35,792 nucleotides of DNA. Source: a virus (Duplodnaviria; Caudoviricetes). The notes under the pieces were generated by a model. That model worked only from the letters and a program-made list of their open reading frames with translations, searched no databases and was not told where the DNA came from. The DNA is taken from IMG/VR virus record IMGVR_UViG_3300043414_000175, positions 1-35,792 of that record, one strand, 5' to 3'. Each line of letters opens with the position of its first letter. Positions within the stretch are counted from its first letter, which is position 1. Shown here in pieces: positions 23,714 to 33,261 of the stretch. Made by a program: the position numbers and the translations under genes.

Positions 23714-25675
23714 ATGGGCAATTTAGTATTTCAGGCAACTTTGGGCGGTCAGGTTAATCTGGTTGGTCCTAATACAGCATCGACTTTTAACCTAAACGTT
23801 CCAGCGGTCGCGGGTACTTTGGTGACTACTGGCGACACAGGTACTGTCACTAGCACAATGCTTTCAACTTCTACGTTGACTGCATCTGCCGCAACGACTG
23901 CATCTGCCAACAAAGGTGCGTTTAATTACGGAACTTTGGGATTTAGCGACACGGGCATTGTGCAATCTGCACAGACTAGCGTAAACAGCTATTTTCAAAA
24001 CGTTATTCAAAACACTAGCAATGGTGCATCTGCATCGGCTGAGTTTATTGCATATAACGATGCTGGTACGGCCACAACAAACTATGCGGCTGTTGGTATT
24101 AACTCAAGCGGTTATAGCGGCACAGGCTCAATCAATGCGCCTGGCTACGGTTATTTCTTAACTGCAAGCACAGACTTGGTGTTGGGAACGATTGGCGCAA
24201 ATGCCATTCACTTGACAACCAATTCAGCGGCTGCTGATGCGATTACGATTTCTAGCGCAAACGTCACAAGCATTGTTAAAGATGCTTTGGTCAACGGCTT
24301 AACAGTAGGCCGTGGTGCAGGTGCTGTATCTACCAACACGGCGGTGGGTTATCAGGCAATCAATGCTACGGCTTCTGGCGACAGCAATAATGCTTTTGGG
24401 TATCAGGCATTAAATGCCGTAACAAGCGGCTCTCAAAACACGGCTTTGGGTCGGGCGGCTTTAATTTTAAATACCACAGGCAGTCATAACATTGGTGTTG
24501 GCGGCAGTACCCTTTATGGAAATACTACTGGCAGTTACAACACAGCAGTAGGTCGTGAAGCCCTTCAGTCCAACACCACAGCTGGTGCAAACACAGCAGT
24601 AGGTTATCAGGCCTCATATAGTAATACCACAGGTGTTTACTCCACAGCCGTAGGTTACCAAGCACTTTATTCCAATACAGCAAACAATAACACTGCTGTT
24701 GGTCAAGGTTCTTTATACACAAACTCATCTGGCACATCTAATGTGGCAATGGGTAACAATGCTTTAAACTCAAACTCAACAGGTTCACAAAATACCGCAA
24801 TAGGATTATCAGCAATAGAGAAAAACACCACAGCCTCAAACAACACTGCTGTGGGTTATCAGGCGGGGTATACAAACAGCACAGGAACAATAAACACATT
24901 TTTGGGGCAAGCATCTGGTTATAGCAATACCACGGGTTCTTCTAATGTCTTTGTTGGCGTCCAAGCTGGATATAGCAACACTACTGGCACAGCAAACACT
25001 TTTGTAGGTGCAAACAATAATTCAACAGGGTCTGCTGGTTTCTATGTAACAACTGGAAATAAAAACACTATCCTTGGCTGCTACAACGGCAACCAAGGCG
25101 GCTTAGACATTCGCACAGCAAGCAACTACATCGTGCTGTCTGATGGGGATGGGAATCCACGGGGTATTTTTGATAGCTCTGGTAACTATTTAGTTGGTTG
25201 TGCTGCTTTGCCAAGTACAGGAGCTGCTGGGGTTGCAGTTCGTAACGTTTCTGGTATTGGCCGCATTGAAATTACTAAAACACAGTCAGGAAATACAGAC
25301 GGAATTCCATTTCGCTACAACAGCACTTATGTTGGTGGAATAACATATTCAGATACAGGTGTACTTTATAACGTCACTTCTGACTACCGTTTGAAAACTG
25401 TTATTGGCCCTGTTTCTGATTCAGGTGAACGCATTGACGCACTTGAGCCTATTGAATACCAATGGAAATCTGACGGTTCAAACACTCGCGGCTTCTTGGC
25501 GCACAAGTTTCAAGAGGTCTACCCACAAAGCGTTTCTGGTGAAAAAGACGCTGTTGATGAAAATGGCAGCCCTAAATATCAAAACATGCAGGCAGGAACT
25601 TCTGAAGTAATTGCAGACTTGGTAGCCGAAATCCAATCCCTGCGTCAACGTGTCGCACAACTTGAATCTAACTAA
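23714..25675 (+). CDS. Tail fibre with NTAVG repeats and C-terminal intramolecular chaperone (Peptidase_S74-like)
   Basis: Many NTAVGxxALxxNTTG repeats; TSDYRLK autocleavage motif, GFLAH, terminal coiled coil. Confidence 0.85.
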   Translation: MGNLVFQATLGGQVNLVGPNTASTFNLNVPAVAGTLVTTGDTGTVTSTMLSTSTLTASAATTASANKGAFNYGTLGFSDTGIVQSAQTSVNSYFQNVIQNTSNGASASAEFIAYNDAGTATTNYAAVGINSSGYSGTGSINAPGYGYFLTASTDLVLGTIGANAIHLTTNSAAADAITISSANVTSIVKDALVNGLTVGRGAGAVSTNTAVGYQAINATASGDSNNAFGYQALNAVTSGSQNTALGRAALILNTTGSHNIGVGGSTLYGNTTGSYNTAVGREALQSNTTAGANTAVGYQASYSNTTGVYSTAVGYQALYSNTANNNTAVGQGSLYTNSSGTSNVAMGNNALNSNSTGSQNTAIGLSAIEKNTTASNNTAVGYQAGYTNSTGTINTFLGQASGYSNTTGSSNVFVGVQAGYSNTTGTANTFVGANNNSTGSAGFYVTTGNKNTILGCYNGNQGGLDIRTASNYIVLSDGDGNPRGIFDSSGNYLVGCAALPSTGAAGVAVRNVSGIGRIEITKTQSGNTDGIPFRYNSTYVGGITYSDTGVLYNVTSDYRLKTVIGPVSDSGERIDALEPIEYQWKSDGSNTRGFLAHKFQEVYPQSVSGEKDAVDENGSPKYQNMQAGTSEVIADLVAEIQSLRQRVAQLESN

Positions 25676-25684
25676 GGACTAATC

Positions 25685-25906
25685 ATGGAAAACACAATCA
25701 CCCCTGAACAAATCGCCAAGCACTACTCTGCCGCACTTGATAGCGTGGCATTGATTAACGCTGGACAACCTGAAGGCATGGACGCTCAAGAATGGGCTGA
25801 CACAGTGGCTCGTAACGTGGCTCACTTGGAAATAATGGTAGCCAAGGACTTTATGCAAGATCAAGACCTTGCGCCTTTGAACGCTGCTATTGCCGTAGGC
25901 AAGTAA
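25685..25906 (+). CDS. Small fibre-associated protein
   Basis: AAGGA Shine-Dalgarno; directly follows fibre gene. Confidence 0.7.
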   Translation: MENTITPEQIAKHYSAALDSVALINAGQPEGMDAQEWADTVARNVAHLEIMVAKDFMQDQDLAPLNAAIAVGK

Positions 25907-26553
25907 TGTTCTACGTCTACGAGCACATTCGTCTCGACACCAATGCCGTTTTCTATGTCGGCAAAGGTAAAGGGCGTAGGTGTTTTGAATCTAGACGTAG
26001 AAACCCACATTGGAAACGTATTGTTTCAAAGGCTGGCGGGTTTGACGTTCGTGTTGTTGTTGATGGCATTGACGAAGAATTTGCTTTTTTTACGGAACAA
26101 GAACTCATTGCAAAACTTAAACTACAAGGCGTATCTCTTACCAACATGACTGATGGTGGAGAAGGCGCTTCTGGTTATCGCCATACTGATAATGCAAGAG
26201 AAAAGTTTAGCGAAACAATGGCTCGTACAATGGAAACATACAAGCATATTGTTAGAGCGCGACAACTTGGTGAAAACAACAGTGCAAAAAAATTGGGTGT
26301 TGGCGATAAAATTTCAAAAGCATTGCGCGGAAGAAAGTTAAGCAATGAACGTAAAGCAAAAAGTTCGTTACCTCGTGGGAAAAACCCAAAAGCAATAAAA
26401 GTATCTCTTGATGGAAAACAATTTGGTTGCATCAAAGATATGGCCGAAGTTCTTGATATTCCTTACACAACACTTGTAAATAGGATGAGAAAAATGAAAA
26501 AATACGACTGGACTACGGAAGATTTGACACCATTGCAACAGGCCGCAGAATGA
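25906..26553 (+). CDS. Free-standing GIY-YIG homing endonuclease (NUMOD-like C-terminus)
   Basis: FYVYEHIRLDTNAVFYVGKGKGRR, AFFTEQELI, LTNMTDGGEGASG, KISKALRGRK. Confidence 0.85.
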   Translation: MFYVYEHIRLDTNAVFYVGKGKGRRCFESRRRNPHWKRIVSKAGGFDVRVVVDGIDEEFAFFTEQELIAKLKLQGVSLTNMTDGGEGASGYRHTDNAREKFSETMARTMETYKHIVRARQLGENNSAKKLGVGDKISKALRGRKLSNERKAKSSLPRGKNPKAIKVSLDGKQFGCIKDMAEVLDIPYTTLVNRMRKMKKYDWTTEDLTPLQQAAE

Positions 26554-26858
26554 ATTACGTTTGGAAAATTTTAGATGTTTACGCTGATGGTGAAGCAATC
26601 ACATCGGCTAAATATTTTTGTTCTGTAACTAAGGGTGAAGACACCATAGAAACAGAAGGCTATTGGTCTTTTCCAGAAGCAGGCGATGTGCCTTTTGAAG
26701 ACGTGACAGAAGAAATGATTGCCCAATGGATTGAAGATTCAGCTATCGTTGACGGCAAGAATGTCATAAAATCACGCCTACAAGAACAGCTTGAATCGCT
26801 GTCAAAGAAGCCTGTGCCAGCCCCTTGGTTGCCACAGACCTTCACACCAGACCTGTAA
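26550..26858 (+). CDS. Conserved acidic phage protein, possible fibre assembly chaperone
   Basis: VPFEDVTEEMIAQWIE...APW. Confidence 0.6.
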   Translation: MNYVWKILDVYADGEAITSAKYFCSVTKGEDTIETEGYWSFPEAGDVPFEDVTEEMIAQWIEDSAIVDGKNVIKSRLQEQLESLSKKPVPAPWLPQTFTPDL

Positions 26859-26867
26859 GGTACAAAA

Positions 26868-27851
26868 ATGACCACAAAGCCAATTGACATTATCAGCCGA
26901 GCGTTAAAGGATATTGGCGCACTTGAAGCAGGCGAAACGCCAACACCAGACGCAGCACAAGATGCGTTTGATATGTTGAACGACATGATTGACCAGTGGT
27001 CAAACGAAAACTTCATGGTGTTTAACGTGACGGAAATTATTTTTCCGATTATTCAGAATCAAGTTCAGTACAGCCTTGGCCCATTCCCACAAACCACAAA
27101 CTTTGTTGGCGCGTCTTTTAATGGTTCAATCTCTGGCGACATTTTGACCGTCACAACCGTCAACTCAGGCGCTGTGGCACAAGGGCAAACCCTAAGTGGT
27201 GGTGGCATCATTGCTGGCACAAAGATCACGCTAGAAATCACAGGCGCAGGCGGTAACGTGCTGCAAGCTGGTACTTATCGCGTTAGCATCCCACAAACTG
27301 TGGCTGCAACAACAATCACGGCAAATTACCAAAAGCCTTTGAGTATTGATTCGGCGTTTGTTCGTGTGAACACAACGTCAAACGGTCAGCCAATTCAAGG
27401 CGGCGGTTTGGACTATCCAATCTCTGTTTTGTCATTGCAAGACTATCAATTAATTGGTTTAAAAACGCTAAACGGTCCTTGGCCTAAAGCGATTTATTAC
27501 AACCCTAACGAAGATTCTGGTAATTTGTTTGTTTGGCCTAGTCCATCGCAAGGTGAAATGCACTTGTTTGCAAACACTTTGTTCACGCGCTACGGTGGTC
27601 TTTATGAAGAAGTGGTGTTGCCACAAGGCTACAACATGGCGCTTCGTTGGTGTCTCGCTGAACGCTTGATGCCTATGTACGGAAAAGCATCACAAGTTCA
27701 AATTGGCATGATTCAGCAATACGCTGCGCAAGCCAAAGCAACGCTGAAACGAACCAATATGTCGCCTTTGCAGGTTGCTCGTTATCCTGATGCGTTGCTA
27801 GTTGGACGCTCAAAAGATGCTGGATGGATTTTATCAGGCGGCTTTATTTAA
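26868..27851 (+). CDS. Head-tail adaptor, P22 gp4-like, with inserted beta domain
   Basis: [12 protein letters not shown]...[12 protein letters not shown]; [22 protein letters not shown]; upstream of gp10-like gene. Confidence 0.75.
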   Translation: MTTKPIDIISRALKDIGALEAGETPTPDAAQDAFDMLNDMIDQWSNENFMVFNVTEIIFPIIQNQVQYSLGPFPQTTNFVGASFNGSISGDILTVTTVNSGAVAQGQTLSGGGIIAGTKITLEITGAGGNVLQAGTYRVSIPQTVAATTITANYQKPLSIDSAFVRVNTTSNGQPIQGGGLDYPISVLSLQDYQLIGLKTLNGPWPKAIYYNPNEDSGNLFVWPSPSQGEMHLFANTLFTRYGGLYEEVVLPQGYNMALRWCLAERLMPMYGKASQVQIGMIQQYAAQAKATLKRTNMSPLQVARYPDALLVGRSKDAGWILSGGFI

Positions 27852-27860
27852 AGGACTAAT

Positions 27861-29849
27861 ATGCCTGATTTTGGTTTTGTAGGACCGAGTTACGAAGCAC
27901 CAAGCATTTATCAAGATGCTCAAGAGTGCATTAATTTCTTTCCTGAAATTGACCCGCTAAAGCAGCCAGGCACTAATGGTGTCGTGGCTCTTTATCCTAC
28001 GCCTGGACTTACGTTAAAAGCAGTTTTGCCTAATACGCAAGAAGTCCGTGGTATGCACACCGTTTCTGGTGGCGACCAAATGGTTGTTGTTTCTGGACCC
28101 TATGTTTACGCGCTCACTTCTAATTTGGTTCCATCTGTTATTGGTATTCTTAATTCATCTGCTGGTCAGGTAAAGATTACAGATAACGGAATAAACGTTT
28201 ATTTAGTTGATGGTGCGTATCGTTACACATGGCGCATTTCTAGCCCTGCTAACGCTGTTTTTACTGGCTCTGTGTCTGCCACCACCCTGACGGTAACAAC
28301 CGTTTCTAGCGGCACTTTGGCGGTTGGACAATCGTTGTATGGCGTTGGCGTTTCTGCTGAAACAGTCATTACTGCTTTAGGAACTGGCACTGGTGGCACA
28401 GGAACTTACACGGTTAACGTGTCTCAAACTGTAACGGCTCGGAGCCTGAATTCCACTGCTACGGGCGCAAGGTTTACGGCTACGATTGCTGGCACGACAA
28501 TGACCGTTTCAGCCGTGGCTACTGGCACTATTTATTTAGGCCAGACTATTCAAGGCGCTGGCGTAACCGCAGGCACTGTGGTGACTGCCTTGGGTACGGG
28601 TACGGGTGGAGCTGGAACTTACACGATTAGCGTTGCTAGTACCGTTGGTTCTGGCGTGACTATGTACGCAATTAACTTTTCTGTTTTGCCTTCTTCTGAT
28701 GGCGCGTTTAGCGGTGCTAATACTGTTGACGTAATGGACAACTACATTGTTTACAACAACCCCACAACGCAGCAATGGGGGTCTACAGACCTTCTTTCAC
28801 CAATCTCACCCCAGACTAGCTATTCGTTAAAAGATGGCGCTCCTGACGATTTGGTGGCTTTGATTGTTGACCATCGTGAAGTGTATTTGTTGGGCGAAAT
28901 TTCCTCAGAGGTGTGGACAGATGTAGGCGCTGTGCCGTTTCCATTCCAGCGCATCCCTGGCACTTCTACCCAACACGGCATTGCTGCGCCGTTTTCTTTG
29001 TATCGTTTAGGTAACTCGTTTGCTTACGTTTCGCGTAACAACCGTGGTCAAGCCCAAATTATGCAAATGAATGGCTACATCCCTAAACGGATTTCTACAC
29101 ACGCTGTAGAAAATACGTTGGCTAATGAATACGTTTCTGACGCTATTGCTTGGACTTACCAGCTTGAAGGCCATGAAGTTTATGTGGTGACGTTTCCAAC
29201 GTTAAACCTAACATGGGCTTACGATGCTGCAACGGATATGTGGCATAAGTGGCTTTACACGGCTGACGACAATACTTACCAGCGTCACCGTGGCAATTGT
29301 TGTGCTAACTTTCAGGGCATGGTCCTTGTTGGCGACTATGAAAATGGCCGCATTTATGAGTTGGACAAGAAAAACTACACAGATAACGGGCAGAACGTGC
29401 GTAGATTGCGCCGCGCTCCACATCTGGTAACTGATTTCCAACGTCAATACTTTGATGAATTGCAGATTCAGTTCCAACCTGGCGTTGGTACAACTGGCCT
29501 TTCACAGCCAACTGGTGACATTTTCCTGAATTCGCCGTACATCATTTATCCTGATGCTACGTTTTTGATTGGCCCGTTTCAGACTTTTGTGATTGGCCAG
29601 CAGGCGGCATTTAACAACACAAGCACCACAACTAACCCGCAAGTAATGTTGCGTTGGTCTAACGATGGTGGCTCCACTTGGTCAAAAGAATATTGGGTAA
29701 GCATTGGCAAAATGGGTAAGTATCGCAATCGTGCTATCTGGCGCAGGTTGGGTCAAGCCCGTGACCGAGTGTTTGAGGTGTCTATTACAGACCCTGTAAA
29801 CGCCGTGATCATTGCTGCAAACCTTAAAGCAACTGAAGGAGAAAACTAA
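27861..29849 (+). CDS. Tail/DNA stabilisation protein, P22 gp10-like, with two inserted beta domains
   Basis: [58 protein letters not shown]. Confidence 0.9.
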   Translation: MPDFGFVGPSYEAPSIYQDAQECINFFPEIDPLKQPGTNGVVALYPTPGLTLKAVLPNTQEVRGMHTVSGGDQMVVVSGPYVYALTSNLVPSVIGILNSSAGQVKITDNGINVYLVDGAYRYTWRISSPANAVFTGSVSATTLTVTTVSSGTLAVGQSLYGVGVSAETVITALGTGTGGTGTYTVNVSQTVTARSLNSTATGARFTATIAGTTMTVSAVATGTIYLGQTIQGAGVTAGTVVTALGTGTGGAGTYTISVASTVGSGVTMYAINFSVLPSSDGAFSGANTVDVMDNYIVYNNPTTQQWGSTDLLSPISPQTSYSLKDGAPDDLVALIVDHREVYLLGEISSEVWTDVGAVPFPFQRIPGTSTQHGIAAPFSLYRLGNSFAYVSRNNRGQAQIMQMNGYIPKRISTHAVENTLANEYVSDAIAWTYQLEGHEVYVVTFPTLNLTWAYDAATDMWHKWLYTADDNTYQRHRGNCCANFQGMVLVGDYENGRIYELDKKNYTDNGQNVRRLRRAPHLVTDFQRQYFDELQIQFQPGVGTTGLSQPTGDIFLNSPYIIYPDATFLIGPFQTFVIGQQAAFNNTSTTTNPQVMLRWSNDGGSTWSKEYWVSIGKMGKYRNRAIWRRLGQARDRVFEVSITDPVNAVIIAANLKATEGEN

Positions 29850-30085
29850 TGTCCAATGGACTTTACAGTTCTCCACAAGTTAACCCATATCCACAGAGTG
29901 AATTCTTGGATGCGGGTTCAAAAAGACCGACACGGGCATGGCAACAATTCTTTTTGAATCTGTTGAACTTTTCCTCGGCAACAACAGCAACAGCGGGTTC
30001 GGCAACGTTACCCGCTAACCCTGTTGGGTTCATAAATGTGACTGTAAACGGCAAGCCTTTCAAAGTTCCTTATTACAATCCTTAA
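29849..30085 (+). CDS. Small tail protein (gp26 position)
   Basis: TAATG-coupled to gp10-like gene; PTRAWQQFF, LPANPVGF...KVPYY. Confidence 0.6.
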   Translation: MSNGLYSSPQVNPYPQSEFLDAGSKRPTRAWQQFFLNLLNFSSATTATAGSATLPANPVGFINVTVNGKPFKVPYYNP

Positions 30086-30490
30086 ATGAAAATTTTACGC
30101 ATCCCGACTGACCAGATTGCACAAAGATGGCAGGCGATTGCGCCTTTTATTAAGGATTCATTGGCTCATTCTGGTGAAGATTTCACTATTGACCAAGTTA
30201 AGGTTTATCTGTCTTCAGGACAATGGCTAACGCTAGGTGTTTTTGGCGAACAGACGATGTTGGGCGTTATTGCAGTTCAGTTTACAAATATGCCAAACGA
30301 CCGTGTGGCGTTTATTACTGCAATTGGCGGTAAAAACATCACGAATTCAGACACTTTTAACCAATTTCAGGCTATCTTGAAAGCGCATGGTGCGACTAAA
30401 ATACAAGGTGGTGTGAGAGAATCAGTTGCAAGGCTGTGGCGCAGATTGGGTTTCAGTCAGCGTTACATTCTGGTGGAGCATAAATTATGA
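30086..30490 (+). CDS. Putative GNAT-fold virion assembly protein (P22 gp14 / T7 gp13 position)
   Basis: AFITAIGG...RESVARLWRRLGF; between tail and ejection genes. Confidence 0.55.
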   Translation: MKILRIPTDQIAQRWQAIAPFIKDSLAHSGEDFTIDQVKVYLSSGQWLTLGVFGEQTMLGVIAVQFTNMPNDRVAFITAIGGKNITNSDTFNQFQAILKAHGATKIQGGVRESVARLWRRLGFSQRYILVEHKL

Positions 30491-31875
30491 GATACAACGC
30501 TTTTTTCGGTGAACTGCCAATCAATGCTTTTAAGCCTATTGGCGGCAAAATGACGCTGCATGGCGGTGGTAATCCTATTTCTGCTGTTACAGATGCAATC
30601 TCTAACATTGGCGACAGTTTTAGTGATGCAGTAATTGACCCAATTAAAGACAACTGGGTTGACCTTCGTGATTCAGCAGAAGAGGCAGCAGTTGTTGCTG
30701 GTAACTACTACTTACCTGGCTCGTCACTTCTTACCTCACAGCTTGTAACTCAAGGCGCACAAGACCAGCTAAATTCCGATGTGGGCAAAGTTGCTAACTT
30801 GGCCGCTGGTGGTTATGGCGGTTATCAAGGTAACTTGGCAAATTACGGCGAATTGGCTGGTGGCTCAACTGGAACACAGTTTTCTGGCGAATTGCCAAAC
30901 GGCTACACGCCTTACCAAGACCCTAGCGTTACCACATTGGGTAATGTTGCTGGTACTACAGAAGGCATGACAAGCGGCAACGCTTTATCAGGTCTTGGCG
31001 AAAATGCTTACACAGCAGCGCAAGATGCTACTGATTTGGCTGGCGTATCAAATGCTGGCGGTGCTGGACTTACTGGTGTTGGTGCAATTGGCGCTGCTAA
31101 TATGTACCCTGCCGTTAATGCGGCTGCTGGCGCTGCTGCTGGTTCTAGTCTTTCTTCTATGCTGCCTTATATGGCTGCTGGTCAAGTTGCTTCAGGTGTG
31201 CTTGGCGCTAATGCTGCACAACAAGGCGCTTCAATGCAAGCTGATGCAGCCAATAACGCAATTGCATTGCAACAGAAAAACTTTAACACCATTAACCAAC
31301 AGCAAACGCCTGGTCGTGCGGCTGGCGCTAATGCGTTTAATACCCTTGGCTCATTAGGTTCTGGCACATACGGAATGTATGACCAAGCTGGCAACCAAAC
31401 AGGCGCAGGCACAGGCACTGGCTATTTGCAACACCAGTTTGATACGCAAGACCTGACAAATGGCTTGTCTCCAAACTATCAGTTCCAACTTGGTCAAGGC
31501 CAAATGGCTAACCAACGTACGGCTAACGCTGGCGGTGGTGCTTTAGGTGGCAATGCGTTACAAGGCTTAAACAAGTACACGCAAGACTACGCTGGTAATG
31601 CTTATCAGCAAGCGTTTAACAACTATCAAACACAACGCACTGGCATTTACAACACTTTGGCTGGCATTGCTGGCCTTGGTCAAAATGCTCAAAACTCCAC
31701 CAATACAGCGGCAACAAACGCCACAAACGCAGCTTCTCAGTTAGGCATTGGTAGTGCAGCGGCTCAAGCGGCTGGCACAACTGGCGTAGCAAATGCGCTT
31801 GGAAATAGTGCTAACAGCGTGGTCAACAATTACACCTTGGCTTCTTTATTGAACCAAGGCGGTCGTGTCGCATAA
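30487..31875 (+). CDS. DNA ejection protein, gp7-like
   Basis: Gly/Ala/Gln-rich; AAQQGASMQADAANNAIALQ, SPNYQFQLGQG; synteny. Confidence 0.75.
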   Translation: MRYNAFFGELPINAFKPIGGKMTLHGGGNPISAVTDAISNIGDSFSDAVIDPIKDNWVDLRDSAEEAAVVAGNYYLPGSSLLTSQLVTQGAQDQLNSDVGKVANLAAGGYGGYQGNLANYGELAGGSTGTQFSGELPNGYTPYQDPSVTTLGNVAGTTEGMTSGNALSGLGENAYTAAQDATDLAGVSNAGGAGLTGVGAIGAANMYPAVNAAAGAAAGSSLSSMLPYMAAGQVASGVLGANAAQQGASMQADAANNAIALQQKNFNTINQQQTPGRAAGANAFNTLGSLGSGTYGMYDQAGNQTGAGTGTGYLQHQFDTQDLTNGLSPNYQFQLGQGQMANQRTANAGGGALGGNALQGLNKYTQDYAGNAYQQAFNNYQTQRTGIYNTLAGIAGLGQNAQNSTNTAATNATNAASQLGIGSAAAQAAGTTGVANALGNSANSVVNNYTLASLLNQGGRVA

Positions 31876-31884
31876 GGAACTGAA

Positions 31885-33261
31885 ATGGCAGATTATCAAT
31901 TCAATACCAACCTTGGCCCTGCGGCACAGCAAGGAACAAGCCTTGGCGACCTAATCAATACGGCTCGTGGCGCACAAGCGTATCAGCAAGCAGAGCAGTT
32001 AAACCCTTTGGCTTTGCAAAAAGCACAAGAAGAATTGTCACAAGCCAAAATTGGCACAAAAGAAAAGCAATTAGGCTTTACTGATAAACAGCATCAAATG
32101 ATTTTTGATGAATTAGGTACTTTGCAAACTGACCAAAGATGGTTAAATGCGGCAAAAGATAAACGCGGCGCTATGGAAGCGTTGATGGAACGTGAAGATC
32201 GTTTAAGAACAAAAGGTGTTGACCCTGTTTTGCTTAGAAGTTCTGCCGCTCCAATGTATCAAACCATTGAGCAAAAACCAGAATTAGTAAGTCAGATTGT
32301 TAAAAATATCATTCAACGTGGTGGCAATGAAAAACAATTTGGTCAACTTAATGCACCAGCACAATTTGTTAATACTGGACAAATGGCTGTTCCTATTTAC
32401 CAAAGCCCATATCAAGGCGGTGGTGCTGGCAAAACTCCAGCAGTACCAATGCAAATTACTCCTGCCGAACAAGAATCTCTTGTGCAAGACCCATATTCCA
32501 AAAATATGTTGGTTGTTAAAAAAGATGCAAACGGTAATGTTATTTCTAGTCGTCCCGCGCCTGGCGGTGCTATTGCAGGCGGTGGCGGTGGTGGCGGTTT
32601 TCAAACTCTGCCACCTGGAGAAACTGCTTCAACCGCAGATGCAGCAAAAGCAATTCAATTGCAAGCCAACAAAGCAGCAACAAACGTTCAGCAATCACAG
32701 TTCAACACCAACACAATTATTGGATTGGCTGACAAAGCATTGGTTGGCTCTAACGCTGAAACGTTGGCTAAATTGGGCGGTGGTTTTGCTGTTGTGCCTT
32801 GGAGTTCTGACGCTACTGATAACCGTCAAAAGCTAGGCCACCAAATTGCACTTGAAACTGCTAACTTGGCTTCTGGCGCTGGTTTAAATACTGATGCGGC
32901 AAGAGCCTTGGGCGAAAAAATGTCGGGCACTACCGATTGGACACCAGAAGCAATTAAATCCACTGCGCGTATGAATCGCGCATTGACCACTGGCACTGAT
33001 ATGTTTAACCGTGGCGTTAATGCTGCAGTTCAAAAAGCTGGCAATTCGCCATTTGCAGCTCGAGAATTTCAAAACACATGGTCATCACAAGAGCAATTGG
33101 TTCCAACTTTGCAATTTGTTGATGCTATGCGTAATGCCAAAGCAGACCCTGTTGGTGCACAAAAAGCAATTGATTCGCTTGGTGGTTACGGTTCTGAAGG
33201 CTACAAAAATATGTTGAAACGTGCTGGTAAATTAGATGACCTAATCACGAAAGGCCAGTAA
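31885..33261 (+). CDS. DNA ejection protein, gp20 position
   Basis: Helical Q/A-rich protein, second of three large genes after tail. Confidence 0.65.
   Translation: MADYQFNTNLGPAAQQGTSLGDLINTARGAQAYQQAEQLNPLALQKAQEELSQAKIGTKEKQLGFTDKQHQMIFDELGTLQTDQRWLNAAKDKRGAMEALMEREDRLRTKGVDPVLLRSSAAPMYQTIEQKPELVSQIVKNIIQRGGNEKQFGQLNAPAQFVNTGQMAVPIYQSPYQGGGAGKTPAVPMQITPAEQESLVQDPYSKNMLVVKKDANGNVISSRPAPGGAIAGGGGGGGFQTLPPGETASTADAAKAIQLQANKAATNVQQSQFNTNTIIGLADKALVGSNAETLAKLGGGFAVVPWSSDATDNRQKLGHQIALETANLASGAGLNTDAARALGEKMSGTTDWTPEAIKSTARMNRALTTGTDMFNRGVNAAVQKAGNSPFAAREFQNTWSSQEQLVPTLQFVDAMRNAKADPVGAQKAIDSLGGYGSEGYKNMLKRAGKLDDLITKGQ

Noticed and set aside
24300-25080. Diversity-generating retroelement template/variable repeats in the fibre
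   Set aside because: Repeats are protein-level NTAVG units, differences are not adenine-specific, and no reverse transcriptase is present.
32297-32836. 179-aa alternative-frame ORF inside the gp20-position gene
   Set aside because: Leu/Gln-rich off-frame product expected from codon bias; TTG start with no RBS or motif.
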